A stretch of 55,923 nt of DNA, filler included, from Squatina squatina (lineage: Eukaryota): NCBI GenBank assembly GCA_031763465.1. It is 3 parts of one record of this genome, joined end to end, with 100 filler letters (N's around TTAATTAATTAA, not from the genome) between each part and the next. Parts side by side here need not be neighbours in the genome. Positions count along the whole stretch, not along the records: positions 1 to 15,607 come from JARFOE010000016.1; positions 15,708 to 38,262 come from JARFOE010000016.1; 1 more part is not named here. One strand, written 5' to 3'. Under the pieces are notes generated by a model that ran no database searches, was not told the origin of the DNA, and saw nothing but the letters and a program-made list of their open reading frames with translations. The position numbers and the translations under genes are program-made. Below are positions 12,681 to 24,620 of this stretch, in pieces. Position 1 is the stretch's first letter, and every line of letters starts with the position of its first letter.

Positions 12681-13789
12681 GATCCAGCTGTGAGAGTAGC
12701 ACCAAATGAGGGAGAACGAGAAAAAAATGTGTCAGTCGAGATACATTTGAGACCTGTTGAAAAGTGGCATCAACAAAGGTCTGGGAACATGCCACCCTCC
12801 CATAGTTTCAATCATTGGAGTAGTGTGTGGTGAATATAGGAGGCAAGTGAAAATAAAAAATATTCCATTTTGTAAATTAATAGATATACTCTTGCAATGT
12901 TAGCAGGTCTTTCTTTCTAATACTCCAGTGAACTTGAGTGTTTTCAACTACACACAATTTACTGTAATATTGTTTTCAAAAAAAAGGCTGCTGTCTCAGT
13001 CAAATACAAACACGAGTGAAAAAATATACTAGAGTTACAATTGAATAGCAATGGGGCATTCTCATGATGGTAATGTAAAGAGAGGTTACAATTGCACATT
13101 TATTAGGTGGTAATGTGACTTGCGTAGCCCACCATGTTCAGAGGAGCATTGACAAAAAGTGGCTGTAGGAAATATCTAACATCTAGGAAATGACCTAACT
13201 TTTTATTAAATAAAAAAAGGCATCGCTGTTGTTTCATCAGGTTGTCACAAAAAACTGGGTTTCCAAGCTGTATGAGGAAAATCTATAAATTTACAAAGCT
13301 CTAAACACTGGAGTTTCACAAAAATACAGCAGATCAACATTAAACCAAAACCCTCGTATTCTTCCTTTTTCAAATAACTAACCGATTCCGTTTTAAAATG
13401 ATGTTGTAGTCTGTGTCTCTGTAAGCACTTCTGTTGAAGAATGTGGCAATCTAATAATAAGCTAACGTTTCCCTCCGCTCTTGTTCCAATAATCCACGGT
13501 GCATGCTCCCTGAAAGACGAGGGAGTGTGCTGATCAATGTGCCCCTCATTGTTTTGGGTGTGCGCGATCCATTTAACCGACTGCTCGCCCCATTCAAAAT
13601 TTCGCACAGGCGCAAAGGTCCCGTTGAGAAGCCGGCAAGTGGCCTGAGCAGGACCTCCAGGCAACTGCGCGGCTGCGCAGCTTAACGGGAACATTGGTGC
13701 TGATGCGTTTCAGCTTTTTGAATTTGTGGCAAGTCTGCCAGGGGAATGGTCACAGAAATGAAATGCACGAGTTTACAGGTTTAAAAAAA

Positions 13790-14164
13790 AGACTTGCATT
13801 TCTTTAGCACCTTTCACGATCTCAGGATGTGCCTAATTGCTTCAAAACTAATGAAGTACTTTTGTTGGCGTGTGGTCACTGTTGTAATGTGGGAAACGCG
13901 GCAGCCAATTTCCGCACAGCAAGCTCCCACACACAGCAATGTGATAATGACCCAGATCATCTGTTTTAGTGATGTTGGGATAAATATGGCCCCAGGACAC
14001 CGGGGAGAACTCCCCCCTGCTCTTCTTCCAATAGTGGCCGTGGGATCTTTTACATCCGCCTGAGAGGGCAGACGGGGCCTCGGTTTAACATCTCATCCGA
14101 AAGACGGCACCTCTGACAGTGCGGCGCTCCCTCAGCACCACCCCTCCGACAGTGCGGCGCTCCC
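13790..14164 (-). mobile_element. Deu-domain SINE (SacSINE1/AmnSINE1-like), young copy
   Basis: The reverse complement has the Deu core gggagcgccgcactgtcagaggtgccgtctttcggatgagatgttaaaccgaggccccgtctgccctctcaggcggatgtaaaagatcccacggccactatt and the tail gtgaaaggtgctaaagaaaatgcaagtc. Confidence 0.85.
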
Positions 14165-15034
14165 NNNNNNNNNNNNNNNNNNNNNNNNNNNNNNNNNNNN
14201 NNNNNNNNNNNNNNNNNNNNNNNNNNNNNNNNNNNNNNNNNNNNNNNNNNNNNNNNNNNNNNNNTGGTTCATCAGCCAGAACTAGCTTCAGCGTGTTTTT
14301 GTGCTGGAATAGGGCATCGAGAGATGATTAAAGCAAGAGGTGCAGACTAGTGCTTTAATCAGCGCCAGGTTCCCCATTCCAGATAGAACACCCTGGGGCA
14401 CTCATTACAACCATTAGTATACATGACAATTTTCAAATTTGTTCTTTCAATGCGGCAATGTGCAAGTTTGTTAAGAACGCGAATACAGTGCCGCTTTTGA
14501 TCCATGACACTCAGTTTAAGAAAGTGGTCTTTTACACACATTAATGTCTGATCTTTGAGCCAGTCGGATTGCTTCTTTCCATTAATCCATGTAGCAACGT
14601 GAATTAAACATGTTTTGTGGTTTCAAACATTTTTTATCCAAATTAATTTTCCTTCCAGGTACTTTTGACTAAATCTTAGCAGAGGGGCCAGGGCGGCGTC
14701 ATGCTTTTTTGGAGCTAGGACGTGGGTAAGATTGGCATGACAGGATATGTTCTCTCTTTTATCTTCACATCTTCTTGGGAGGTATCATTTTACAAGTCCC
14801 GGCATACCTCTCCCATCAGGTATAATGGAAATTTGGTCAGGTGCTGCCTACAATTTCCCATCTATGACGGAAAATCATGAGCAACGCCCATGTGAGTTTC
14901 CGATATGTGCAGCAGAGGCCAGCAAAGCTCCTCGCCGGCTACACAGGTTTGTAAAATTATACCCATCACTGCCGCTAAATGGCCTCCCCTAAATGCCAGT
15001 CCACTTGGGAAATTCACTGCTTGAGAAAACATGC

Positions 15035-15607
15035 ATCATTAGAACATAAGAAATGGGTGAGAAAAGGCTATTTCGCCCGCCATTATCTGTCCCACTAATA
15101 CTGTAGGTCTTCTATTGTAACCTCTGACTCCCTTTTGAATGTCTCTAATGTTTTTGTCCCTACCACCCGCTTTGGTAGATTTATTTCAAACATTTGTCAC
15201 CGAAATAGTTATTCTTAATATTTTAAGTTTACTTTGTACTCATTTTAACTTATGTCTCATTGCTCTGCTTTCCTGGTGTATTTTACAGTATTATATAGTT
15301 TATTTATATAGTTTGATACTTTATAAATCTTGATGAGAATCACCCTTAACCGCTTCCTTTCTAAGATGTAGAGTTTGAGCTTCTCCAGTATTTCACCCTA
15401 ACTTACTCCCTTTACACACATAATCTTGTTGCTCTTCTCTATACCTTTTACAATGCCTGTGGATTTATTTTGTGGTAGTGACTGAAACTGAACATAATAC
15501 GCTAATCTGACCAGTAAAACACGAGCACATCCTCTGTATACTTGTACTGCACTGATACGTCCCAGCATTCTGTTTGTTTTTTAAGTTGTTTCTCCACATT
15601 GTCCAGA
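15035..15607 (-). mobile_element. CR1-like LINE 3' end, degenerate
   Basis: Starts with tagaacataagaaat...gaaaaggctatttcgccc, the reverse of a typical CR1 3' tail. It continues with tgttgctcttctcta...gactgaaactgaacataatac, which resembles decayed CR1 ORF2 C-terminus. Confidence 0.5.
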
Positions 15608-15707
15608 NNNNNNNNNNNNNNNNNNNNNNNNNNNNNNNNNNNNNNNNNNNNTTAATTAATTAANNNNNNNNNNNNNNNNNNNNNNNNNNNNNNNNNNNNN
15701 NNNNNNN
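15608..15707. other. Artificial scaffold-concatenation spacer (six-frame stop linker)
   Basis: 44 N + TTAATTAATTAA (15652-15663) + 44 N, exactly 100 bp, identical to 38263-38362. Confidence 0.95.
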
Positions 15708-17234
15708 CCCCCCCCAGGGAATTTCCCAGGAGACGAGATAACCGCCTCCCAACGCCATTTTCTTCATTTTTGCCCTGTTAGCGTCCCTCTGAGGCACTAA
15801 CGGGGCGAGGAAATAGGGGAATTTCGCCCCCAGTGTGTTTCCACTTTTGCTGGCGACATCAATTGGTAAACCTGCCCTCCATGAGCACGTAGTCGATTCT
15901 TTCAAGTTAAATTAGCAGCAGAGAGAAATTGACAGTTTAAAAGCAAGAAGATAAAAGTAAATGAGAAAAATAAAAGCGAAGTAAAGCAGATATGTCAAAT
16001 GCTGGGTGACGATACCCACCATAATGCTTTGCTGAAATCCCAACTCTAAGCCAGTTGCATTGGACTCTTGGCAGAGGTCAGGCTGCTTGCGTATTCTTAG
16101 GGGTCGGAATGACTGAAAGTGAGGGATGACTGAGAAAAGGGAAGAAAAATAACATCATCATGCATTCCACACAAGCCTCATAATTGCAACGTGCAGAGAA
16201 ATACAACTGGACCATTGCACAAAGCTTCTTCCTCATACTTTCAATTGTGAATGTTCTCTGCCATTTAAAAAAACTTGTGGATTTTCTCCACTGCTATTAA
16301 AAGCTAGAATAAGAAAATTGAAAATGTTTCTTCGGCTACAGTATGAGTGAATAAATTACGATCACCAAACATATTCACTTTGTTTAAACTAACTAACTAT
16401 TTTTCCCCCCCATGTAAGCATATGTGTATAGATTAACATGAATTGCATTACATATTCAATAGGCTGTAGGTCTTGGGAGGATGAAGCCCAATGTTCTCGT
16501 GATGGGATATAAAAGGAATTGGCAATCTGATCACCCACAGAAAGTGGAAAATTACATTGGCATCATCTAGTGAGTATCCAAATACACTGGATTATTTTAG
16601 TATGCAAAAGGCAAAAAGATTTTGAAAGGAGAGGTTACTTTAGACATAAGTACTGTGAATGATGAGCATTTATTCAAAGATGTGTTCTAGGTATTATCAT
16701 TTTTAATAATTATCAGCATATACTGATTTGGAGGATGTTATGTTTTGGGCTTTTTGCCAACACTTTTCTCATTGTCGAGGCAAGACTGCAGACCATATCC
16801 TGAACCAGAAACAACACCTTTACTCTCCAGTGATATTAGCGCAGGTCTAATAGCTAACCATGAATTGTGGTAAATGCTTGCTGGAGAATATGTCAGGTGC
16901 CCACCAGATTTTCCTGTCAATTCAGAAAATGGCTCAACCTACTGTCTAGGTTTTTTATACAAATACATTTATATAGAGAAGCAGAAAGATAAAGAAGAAG
17001 ATAATTAATATAGTACAATAACCAAAATGTACACACAAACGCACACATATTGAGCCATAATTTGCTGTAGCAGTGTATCTAACAGCGTCTGCCGTTAGTT
17101 AGAGTTGGTCTTGCAAGTTTAGGCTTTTAAATTTTTTTGTGTGGCAACTTGCTGAAAGTGTGAGCTGATATCGTCGCAGCGAGGGAAACCAGGCATCTGG
17201 GAATAGGGCAAGCAACTGTGAATCTCCTTAACAC

Positions 17235-17352
17235 ATCCTTTCCCACATTACAGCAGTGACTGCACTCCAAAAGTACTTTGTTGTGTGTAAAGTGCTTTGA
17301 GAGGTCCAGTGGTCGTGAAAGGCGCTATATAAATGTCAGTCTTTTCTTTTTT
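17235..17352 (+). mobile_element. Deu-SINE/L2-type 3' tail fragment
   Basis: ttcccacattacagcagtgactgcactccaaaagtac...gtaaagtgctttgagaggtcc...gtcgtgaaaggcgctatataaatg is the same tail as in 13790-13900. Confidence 0.75.
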
Positions 17353-17868
17353 AACCAATCAGATTGAAGAATGGAAGGACTAAGAAGAGTGGGTGAATTC
17401 AATGGAAAACCAGATAAAGAAAGGGAAATAGAGGAAAAGANNNNNNNNNNNNNNNNNNNNNNNNNNNNNNNNNNNNNNNNNNNNNNNNNNNNNNNNNNNN
17501 NNNNNNNNNNNNNNNNNNNNNNNNNNNNNNNNNNNNNNNNGAGCATGTAATATAATTTCACATTACAATGTTCTGGTGTATGGATATCATGATGTCATAA
17601 TGAATGCGTGTGCGTGCGTCACCCCTGAGCTTTGAGTCTTTAATGACATCATTAACTTAGTAACAAATTAAATCGTCAACTCAGCAATGGGACTTATTTT
17701 GTATGCCCAACATTATTCCACTTTGATTTCTTAATGTATCCAACATATTCATGGATCAAGGTTATTGTTCGGCTAAACAGTAGGCCTAGAATTAAAATAC
17801 CTGAGGTATGATTGTTGAGCAACAGTACAAATGAAGTGAGTCTGATAATGTGATTGTTTTCTGTGCAG

Positions 17869-17936
17869 TCGCTCCGACAGGTGAGACTGAATGAGATCTT
17901 ACTGGATTACTCCCGTGATGCTGCGCTTATAGTTGT
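17869..17936 (+). CDS. SLC12A3: SLC12A3 (thiazide-sensitive NaCl cotransporter, NCC) penultimate coding exon
   Basis: tgttttctgtgcag|TCG CTC CGA CAG...ATA GTT GT|gtaagt, 68 bp, reads [22 protein letters not shown](V). This matches the recalled human NCC [23 protein letters not shown], and the position upstream of NLRC5 fits synteny. Confidence 0.85.
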
Positions 17937-18675
17937 GTAAGTATGAAACCTGTTCCGTGTGGCCTCCAGTCTTGACTATTTTTGTTCCTTCCTTTATGTG
18001 TAGCTGTATGTCCAGTCAGTCAGATTTGTGTACCAAACACTGGATTGTTATTTTTATACTGTAACTATAGCTAGACACTTAGTGAAAAGAATGAATATTT
18101 TACTTCACAGTTCTCCCCTAATGTCTATTGATAGTATATACGTATTTAGAAAAAAAATTACTTGACTTGCATTAAATGAGCTATCACAATGGATATTTGC
18201 CATTTCTGGTCCCCTTGCCTCCATGGCTGCTGCAATGATGTCAACAATTCCCTATCTGTCCTTCTACACCAACCCCACGCCCCACTTCCATAAATCCTGA
18301 ATTGGCTACATTCATTGCAACAGAAGCTGGCAGTTTAAATCAGTTTGAGAGTTAATCCAGAGTTAGCAGACCCTTGGAAAACACACTACTGACTGGGCAT
18401 GCACTTGTCCCAGGGTTGAGTGGCTCAAAATCAGCTTCCAGACCAATCTGAAGTTATAGTTCACTTTACACAGGGCACCTCCCCATAATAATTATGAACT
18501 AGGACAATGGAATATTCTCTTTTTAAAATAGACCACACTTACATAAAAGGTGAGTGGATTTGTAATAGAACAACANNNNNNNNNNNNNNNNNNNNNNNNN
18601 NNNNNNNNNNNNNNNNNNNNNNNNNNNNNNNNNNNNNNNNNNNNNNNNNNNNNNNNNNNNNNNNNNNNNNNNNNN

Positions 18676-19040
18676 CGACACACTGTCAGAGGGGCTGTAC
18701 TGAGGGAGCGTCACACTGTCAGAGGGGCAGTACTGAGGGAGCGTCACTCTGTCAGAGGGGCAGTACTGAGGGAGCGTCGCACTGTCAGAGGTGCCATCTT
18801 TCAGATGTAACGTTAAACCGAGGCCCCGTCTGTCCTCTTGAGTGAACGTGAAAGATCCCATGGCCATTATTGGAAGTGAGTAGAGGGGAGTTCTCCCCGG
18901 TGTTCCGGGGCCAATAATAATCCCTCAACCAACATCATAAATTGGCTGGTCACTTATCTTGCTTGCAGCTGGTGGAATCTTGCTCAGCCCAGTTGGGCTG
19001 CCATGTTTGCCCTGTGTGAGTATGACGGCACTTCCAAATT
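18676..19040 (+). mobile_element. Deu-domain SINE with internal 33-bp tandem expansion
   Basis: At least three units of cactgtcagaggggcagtactgagggagcgtca (18681-18779) precede the Deu core gtgccatctttcagatgtaacgttaaaccgaggccccgtctg...aaagatcccatggc. Confidence 0.85.
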
Positions 19041-19049
19041 GTTCAGCGG

Positions 19050-19375
19050 CCAAAGGGTGCCTTGAATTATTATAGCAAGCTGTACCGATCAGGAAGCGCT
19101 CAGGTTGCACCCCTCGTCTGATGCTGAGCCTGTCGGACAGCGGCAATTGCTCTCAGTGCCCTCGGGCTGGGAAGGAGGAGAGGGGAACTCCAGCTATTCC
19201 TGTAACCTCCAGCGCGTGCGGCAGTGTGTGCGATTGCAGGGCAGTCCTCGGTCGTACTGCCCGCAGCCGTCAAACCTGACGCATGGCCGCCTGGGCGAGC
19301 TGTCCGAGGGCAGTCAGTGCTTGCAGGAACGTGGGGCAGAGAGGACCCGACACCGTCGGGACAGGAGGAAGGCAC
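19050..19375 (+). mobile_element. Highly diverged, CpG-rich LF-SINE-like copy
   Basis: caggttgcacccctcgtctgatgctgagc (head) and gcatggccgcctgggcgagctgtccgagggcagtcagtgcttgcaggaac (3' part) parallel the LF-SINE motifs. Confidence 0.45.
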
Positions 19376-19536
19376 GCTGTTTTTTTTTAAGTGGTGCTCG
19401 TTGAGGGATAAATATTGGCCAGGACACTGGGGAGAACTCCCCTAAAATGGTTGTGCTACAGACACATGTTTTTAAAATGTTGGGCCGATTTTTCATTTTT
19501 CAAACTCTGAAGGTCTTTTTTGTTTTCCGTCAACAG

Positions 19537-20862
19537 AGTTTGCAGAGGATTATAAATCGTTAATGATAAAGACCATCTCTCAGAAATATGAAGCCAACAT
19601 TGCAAAAGAAGACCAAATGAAACAAGTGACCCTGGACCAGACGTTTAGATGCCTGACCATGAAGGATGGAAATGTGACCAAACTGAAGGAGCGAATAGAT
19701 GCTAGTCGGGATGACGTGCTCAGTTCGCAAGGGCTTGAAGAGAACCAGGGTGCAGTTGCAAACTTAGCGGAATTCCTCAACAATAAGCACGTTTCCAATT
19801 GTAGAATCAACATCCTGCTTGGAAAAGCAGGAACTGGAAAGACCAAGTTGATGCACAAAATTTGCTACGAATGGACGCGAGGGGCTGTCAGTCAGTTCCA
19901 GTACGTATTTTTGTTTGAGTTCCGTCAGCTGAATCTAATCGACAAAGCCATAGATCTGAAAAGCATGCTGTTCGACCTGTTTCTTCAACCGGAAAGGAAC
20001 TCCCATGCCATATTTAGATTTATAATACAAAACCCCCAGAAGATTTTGATTTTATTTGATGGCTTTGATGAGTTTACAGGAAAAGCCTCTGTCCACACCT
20101 CGGTTGTTTCCAGCAACCCCAACGCACCACTGTCAGTGAGACAGTTATTTTCCAGCCTGTATAATGGGAATCTGCTCCCTGGATGTACGCTTCTAATAAC
20201 TTCCAGGCCCAAAGATGTCCTCTGCTTACCTTTGGATGTTGTGGATCAAGTGGGGGAAGTNNNNNNNNNNNNNNNNNNNNNNNNNNNNNNNNNNNNNNNN
20301 NNNNNNNNNNNNNNNNNNNNNNNNNNNNNNNNNNNNNNNNNNNNNNNNNNNNNNNNNNNNTCAAGTGGGGGAAGTCTCAGGATTCAACCAGTGCAAAATT
20401 GAAGAATATGCTGGTCGATTCTTCGAAAACAGTGAGTACAGTCGTCGGGCGAGCTCTCACTTACAGAAGAATAGGAAGATTTTAAACATGTGCAACATTC
20501 CTGCATTGTGCTGGGTAGTTTTCCTTTGTCTTGAGCACTTGTTATCTCAAAATCATTTAGAACTCAAGCTACCTCATACAATGACACAATTCTATATCAA
20601 AATGCTGAATGTATTTTTAAGCAAAGGAACTAAGATTAAAGAGGCCCATGGAAGTGCTGAAAACCTGCTGCTAAACAAACACAGAGAAGAGATTCATGGA
20701 CTCTGCAATCTTGCTACAAAAGGGCTCCAGGAGAGTAAATCTGTGTTTTATTTAAAAGACCTCCTTTCTGAAAAGGTAACCAATTTTGCTTCCTCGTATG
20801 GATTTCTTACCACTTTTGAAGTTAAGACGATTGACCATAACCGAGAGAATGGACATGCCTTT
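19537..20862 (+). CDS. NLRC5: NLRC5 large NACHT exon (partial; split by a false gap and truncated by the gap at 20863)
   Basis: Acceptor ttttccgtcaacag. Motifs seen: Walker A GKAGTGKT, NLRC5-type FLFEFRQLNLI, Walker B LILFDGFDE, sensor-1 LLITSRP, then MCNIPALCW, TMTQFYIKML and winged-helix lead-in HAF. Lies between SLC12A3 and CPNE2. Confidence 0.9.
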
Positions 20863-20962
20863 NNNNNNNNNNNNNNNNNNNNNNNNNNNNNNNNNNNNNN
20901 NNNNNNNNNNNNNNNNNNNNNNNNNNNNNNNNNNNNNNNNNNNNNNNNNNNNNNNNNNNNNN

Positions 20963-21265
20963 CCTCCAATTCTGGCCTCTTGTGTATCCCCCAGTTCCTT
21001 CACCCCACCACTGGCAGCCGTGCTGTCAGCTGTCTAGGCCCTAAGCTTTGGAATTCTCTCCCTAAACCTCTCTGACTCTCCAGACCTCCCTCTTTCTTTA
21101 AGACACTCCTTAAGACCTACCCCTCTGACCAAGCTTTTGGTCACCTGTCCTAATACCTCCTTCTTTGGCTCAGTGTCAGTTTTTGTCGGATAATGCACCA
21201 GTGAGGCATCTTGGGACGTTTGACTACGTTAAAGGCGCGATATAAATGAAAGTTGTTCTTCTTGT
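20963..21265 (+). mobile_element. L2-type LINE 3' end
   Basis: Encodes a decayed TTGSRAVSCLGPKLWNSLP (GGRAFS..P.LWNSLP motif) followed by the tail gttaaaggcgcgatataaatgaaagttgtt. A second copy lies at 32931-33265. Confidence 0.8.
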
Positions 21266-21541
21266 TGTAGTTTGTTGTGTACCACAATAATATTAATCAT
21301 TTTCCATCGAAATTGTTGTTGCTTTAATTTGGAGATATTAACGTAAACCAAACTTCCGATTCCAGCCTTGCATCTTGCAGTATTGGTGTGAAGGGTGTTA
21401 CTCACTTGTCTTCTGCACTGAAAATCTGTCACCACCTGGAAGAAATAAAGCAAGTATCACAAACACGTCTGCCAAGTTGTATGACTTTCTTCAACTCACA
21501 CCAAACATTTCTTACCATTTTGTGTTTCCATTTCTTTCCAG

Positions 21542-21625
21542 CTTGCATGATAATGAACTAGGGGATGCTGGGATAGCATTGGTTGTGGATGTGCTTCCTC
21601 AAATGGGAAGCCTGAGAAAAATTGA
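21542..21625 (+). CDS. NLRC5: NLRC5 LRR exon
   Basis: tttctttccag|...|gtaagt, 84 bp, phase 2/2, reads LHDNELGDAGIALVVDVLPQMGSLRKI, a ribonuclease-inhibitor-type LRR. Confidence 0.85.
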
Positions 21626-23604
21626 GTAAGTAGAATTTTTATACCACAAGATCACGAGGTATATCTGGGCCATCTTAATTCGTCCATCCAGGAACCTGGG
21701 TGGAAAGAAGGAAAATCCACTGGGGACTCTGTGCCCGACCCCCCACTACCAACATTTACATATGGTGAGTGGGGAAGGGGACGGACCGTGATGGTCCGGG
21801 TGGAGGCTGGGGAAGGGAACTGCTGGTAGGGATGGCGAGGTTTCATCCATTTTCTCACCATTTCTGCCACAATCGCACCAGATTTCAGGTGGGATTGCAG
21901 AGGAAGATTCCCCACCTCCCTCCCCCCTCCCCCCACACCCCATTATTTGCTGGTTCCATGAATTTGTTTGGCGAATCAACTGCAGATTTTCATGAACTGA
22001 ATTACATTGCAAAGATAAAGTTGCAATCATTAATGTTTCAGTACGGATGTCAACACCCACCAAATACATGGAACATTCTGGCTAAAATGTCGGATCTACA
22101 TTGTGGGTTATGAAACATAAGAAGAAATTTTCAATGCGAGACTCGAGGCNNNNNNNNNNNNNNNNNNNNNNNNNNNNNNNNNNNNNNNNNNNNNNNNNNN
22201 NNNNNNNNNNNNNNNNNNNNNNNNNNNNNNNNNNNNNNNNNNNNNNNNNAGCCCTCTGTGGCAATGAGTTCCAAAGACTCTCAACCCTCTGGGAGAAGAA
22301 ATTCCTCCTTGCCTCTGTCTTAAATGAAATCAGAGTCTTCCTTCAGATCCCGAGCTCTCGGTCTGTCCTGGAGCTTAAAGCAATCCTCTTCTCGGTTATC
22401 ATTCCCGCTGCAGAATTCTGCACAAGTTTATTTTTTCAGGCTGTACTGTTAACATGTTGAGTTGTACTTTTGGTCAGTTTCATAAAGCCATTTTTGGATT
22501 GGAGAAATCCATGGAAAAGTGCTAAGCATGGTTGAATAGTCCACTGGCTGGCAACATACTTTATAGAATACATGGATTGAATTGCAGTTAAAATCTAAGC
22601 TGATTATGAGTTAGGTTTGATGTCTATAGGTTTTGTTGGCACAAATGTAAAGGCTTTACTGCAATTCCACTTGTTGATGCCAAGTTGTGCTTTGAGCTGC
22701 TATATCTATGCTTTTTGATGGCACATCCTGTGGTACATTATAGGATCCTTCTCTGTCCCAGCATGGATCTGCAGCAGGAAATATCAAGGGTCCCACAAAT
22801 GGGTGAATAATGTACCATGTTTCATTTGTGGGTTGTTAAACTACGGGGATTGTGACTTAAACTCCCATTAGCAGTAGTTTATCAAGAATAAAATTTATCT
22901 CCATATTGCTTTGTATCACAGACACAAAGGATTTATTTCCCTTCGCCCTGACCACAAATTGAGTTAATCTGAGAATGCAGCGCTGAGTGGTAGATTGAAT
23001 CTGGTATACAGTAACGGTTCTCCCTCACCATACATATGTGGTGATCTCCTTTCAGCCAACATGCCTTTGGGCTCAGTCACTGGAAACAAAATAACATTGG
23101 TAGAATAAGCCGAACCTCTGACTTGCCTTTTCCCCTGCCTCCTGTGTCGCTCCAATGATCTTCCTGCAATCCCTGGACAGTGGGAAGCTAAATTTTTAAT
23201 TAGCAAGGACACCCTCTGAGTCAGCTTCTAACTGGTTTTGTGAGGGCTGCCAAAAAGCTAATTGATGCCCGAGGGAAACCGATATTGTCACCTGATGGTT
23301 GCTACAAACAAGATGTTGGTACAAATTATTGGCTGCAGACCATAGCGAGGCTTTTGATTAAAGAAAGTGGAAGAGAACAGAAAATGATTGTGTTGTCATT
23401 GGGCAGTTATTATTTAGGTGCAAGTTCAAGATCTTGAACTTCTTGGGATGAATTGTCAGTTTTTGAAAGAACGCTGTTAAAATTTTCTTGGAGAGATTTA
23501 TTTTTAATACTATGATGGGTTAAAATGGCCGATAACTATAGCAACTGTCTATACAGCAAGCCATGAACGCAGATGTCTAAAATAATTTTATATCCTCACT
23601 ACAG

Positions 23605-23694
23605 TGTCAGCAACAATTTCATCTCATTGGCTGGAGTCCTTTGCTTGGCAGGATATCTGAACACAATCAGAGACATCACTGAGGTGGCAATAAG
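23605..23694 (+). CDS. NLRC5: NLRC5 LRR exon
   Basis: cctcactacag|...AG|gtaagt, 90 bp, phase 2/2, reads VSNNFISLAGVLCLAGYLNTIRDITEVAI. Confidence 0.75.
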
Positions 23695-24228
23695 GTAAGT
23701 CAAAAATGTTAAGGAGGTTGAAAAATGTATTGATATTATTACAAATAACTGCTCAAGAAAACATCTGGATTTTCCAACCTCAAAGCTTGTTTAGGTTGGG
23801 ATTGCTCATCCCATTGTCCAATTACTGAAACCAACATTGCTGTGTGGGAGTAAGATGTGCTCACGGAAACTCCAGGAATACTTAAAAACTTTAAGAAAAA
23901 AAAGCACTGATGGAGAGAAAGCCATTTGTCCCATTCCTTACACAGACCATGTACGATCTGCTCTACCATAGGTTCACCCATTTAACCCCCTGAGGAAAAG
24001 TTCTGACTTCTTTCTGTTGATAATCCTAAGATCTCAGCAGCTCAAGCAGCAGTCTTATTTCACACAGCATTTGATCTGTACTTAACCACTTAATTCCATT
24101 CCCAAATATAGCACACCAGCAATCCAGTGTCACAGTGCAAAGTAAAAAGCCACCACCAGTTTTTTAAATACAAATTCAATCTTCTTTCCTTCCACACAAG
24201 GAATCCTTGCTCCCATTTTGTAAGTATA

Positions 24229-24620
24229 TAGGGCGTGAAATTTGGCTCGGTAGTGCCCGTTGTTTGGGCACTATGGATGCTGTTAGGGGACCAAAATGGC
24301 ATCCACTCTGCGTACACACACACCTGCTGTGAATCGCACCAGACGCCATATTGGTGAAGACAATAGCACTCGTGCAGCTAATGCCCACCGGAAATATGCA
24401 GAGCAGGCAGATCATGACGTCAATCAGCAGGCAATGCTGAACTGATGCCAGTGCTGCCATTTTGGAGCACCACGCTCCAGCCGACGCCCTCTCTTAACCT
24501 CGCACAGCTGAACACGCGTGAAGCAGCATGAAGGACTCTCCACCAGCGCTACTTAAAGGGATCATGAACTACTTACAGGTTAGTTGCTGGCTGATTTCTT
24601 CTGGCTGTTGGTACAATTTT
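24229..24620. mobile_element. GC-rich non-autonomous DNA-transposon-like element (partial)
   Basis: Abrupt start gggcgtgaaatttgg, the same terminus class as the other MITE-like ends here, with a CpG-rich body against an AT-rich intron. Confidence 0.4.

Noticed and set aside
13245-13694. 149-aa minus-strand ORF as a gene
   Set aside because: It has no recognisable domain or splice context and is better treated as a non-coding CpG-rich element.
18681-18790. Regularly spaced 33-bp repeats as a CRISPR-like array
   Set aside because: The units are head-to-tail with no unique spacers, lie inside a vertebrate SINE, and no cas genes are present.
17937-19536. Loss of HERPUD1 and CETP
   Set aside because: A gap of unknown size lies between the genes and obligatory SLC12A3 and NLRC5 exons are also missing, so the absence is uninformative.
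20215-21075. NLRC5 pseudogene, or NACHT fused to a novel C-terminus (LGPKLWNSLPKPL)
   Set aside because: The frameshift comes from the false gap, and the tail is an L2 LINE remnant read across a second gap.
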